A stretch of 64,000 bases of DNA from Octopus vulgaris (Eukaryota). Location: contig OX597820.1 of assembly GCA_951406725.2 (NCBI GenBank), positions 110,856,001 to 110,920,000 on the forward strand, given 5' to 3'. This document shows, piece by piece, positions 62,406 to 64,000 of the stretch. Positions within the stretch are counted from its first letter, which is position 1. Each line of letters opens with the position of its first letter. The notes below the pieces were generated by a model. It saw nothing but the letters and a program-made list of their open reading frames with translations, did not search any database and had not been told where the DNA came from. The position numbers were made by a program, and so were the translations under genes.

Positions 62406-63100
62406 AGGGCCAGATTAGGACCCATAGAGGCCCTAAGCACTTGAAAGCTTTTAGTGCCCTCATGTATATGTAATTAAAAATATAAACAATAATAAACCAT
62501 AAAATAAATGTTTATTTTTCAAAATGAAACCAAAGTAACAGTAAAATGGAAAATAATTATATACCTCCGCTTTATTTATATATGAAAAGTTTTCTACTAC
62601 TTTTTTTTAATTGCTATATTTTTGACCAGATCCTCTCTACGACACTATGGGCACTTCGAATATTATTTTAGCAAGTTTAAAGAGATTTCTTTTGTGCCAC
62701 AAAAGATTTACCATATCTGTGGTGCACCCACCTACATTCCCTTGATGATTTAAGCAAGTTCTTGTTTTGTTTTCTGGTTAATTCAGCACTGCTTGCACGA
62801 TGTGACCCTCAGTAATGAAGACATTAGAAATTTAGAGAAATGATGCGAATATGATGACGATAAAGTTCAGACGCAAATAAAAGGATTCCTAAATTAAGAA
62901 CTCGATTCTTCTTTTCTAATTTGAAGATAGAAAACAGATGGTAATAGCTACAGATCCGAATGCTCAGAAAGTGATGCAAATCAAAAGACAAGTTGATAAT
63001 GCACTCGCCTGCAACAAGGTCATTCACAAAGAGAAGAAGGAAAATCGATAGAAACATTCCATTCACGTTACTGATAAAAATAAATAAAATAAATTGTTTT
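62406..63100 (-). mobile_element. Possible hAT (Tip100-like) remnant
   Basis: Terminal CAGGGCCAGATTAGG...GGCCCTAAGC; weak RNLFKLAKI dimerisation-domain-like segment. Confidence 0.35.
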
Positions 63101-63218
63101 TGCGTATGCATCTAATTTAATTTATTTTCTTATTTATGTCGATATTTGCACACTTTTATTCTCTAAGTTATTTTTGATAATTAAAAAATATTTTTCGAAG
63201 TCAAGATATATGTGTGTG

Positions 63219-63255
<37 letters not shown>

Positions 63256-63286
63256 GGAACTCTCTCTTCCTCTCTCTATTTTTCTG

Positions 63287-63332
<46 letters not shown>

Positions 63333-63397
63333 TACACACATATACATCCATGCATACATGCATTTCTACACAAACACAAATTCAAACACACGCACAT

Positions 63398-63457
<60 letters not shown>

Positions 63458-63548
63458 GCACGCACTTATTTTAGTCATATGACTGCGGCCATGTTGGGGC
63501 TCCACTTTGAAGAAATTTAATCGAACAAATCGACCCCAGTACATATGC

Positions 63549-63630
<82 letters not shown>

Positions 63631-63699
63631 GAGTTTGACTAATATTAAACACTGAACTTAAAGCTAAAAATTCGATAATAGGGATAAAAACGCTAGCCA

Positions 63700-64000
63700 T
63701 ATGAGTCATAAATTACAGCTCTAACTTAATAAATTGGAAGATCAGAGAATTGAGAAACCTAGGTAGAAAACTACTAACAGTCACCACCCCCAGGCAGACG
63801 CCCCAAACAGAATATATCTACCCCGCTAAGAAGGGAGCCGTGGCCTGATACAGATAGAAAGCTACCATAAAATAACAACAGTTGAACTAGCAAAGTACTC
63901 AGAAACAAAGAGCGGAAGACTACTGCACGTAATAAAGCAACACAAGAAAAAGAAAACGCTTTTCTCTATACACAAGGGGGCGACAAAATACAAAACAGAA
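63700..64000 (+). mobile_element. R4/Dong-type RT C-terminal fragment
   Basis: RIYLP..EGSRGLIQIESYHKITTVELAKY; similar to 56930-57060. Confidence 0.75.

Overview
Repeat-dominated, AT-rich animal genomic DNA. It is most likely from an octopus or other coleoid cephalopod, inferred from the tRNA-derived SINE families and the dense (TA)n/(TACA)n/(TAA)n microsatellites. Most ORFs in the supplied track are microsatellite artefacts. The real content is transposable elements: CR1/L2-group, RTE, Tx1/L1 and R4/Dong LINEs (including a head-to-tail Dong pair in (TAA)n with one intact 3.3-kb ORF), two Neptune-type Penelope-like elements (PLEs), Tc1/mariner/maT/pogo and Helitron remnants, and SINEs. I found one credible host exon, a terminal exon resembling the CD225/dispanin family (20001-19850, minus strand). 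The most striking unannotated signal is a set of about ten type-I hammerhead-ribozyme-like motifs (CUGANGA...GAAAC-stem III-GUH), most with different self-complementary stem III palindromes. They lie at PLE 3' ends and in short non-coding, often fold-back elements embedded in (TA)n, which suggests a diverse PLE-dependent retrozyme-like system. All calls were made by eye; no searches or folding were run.
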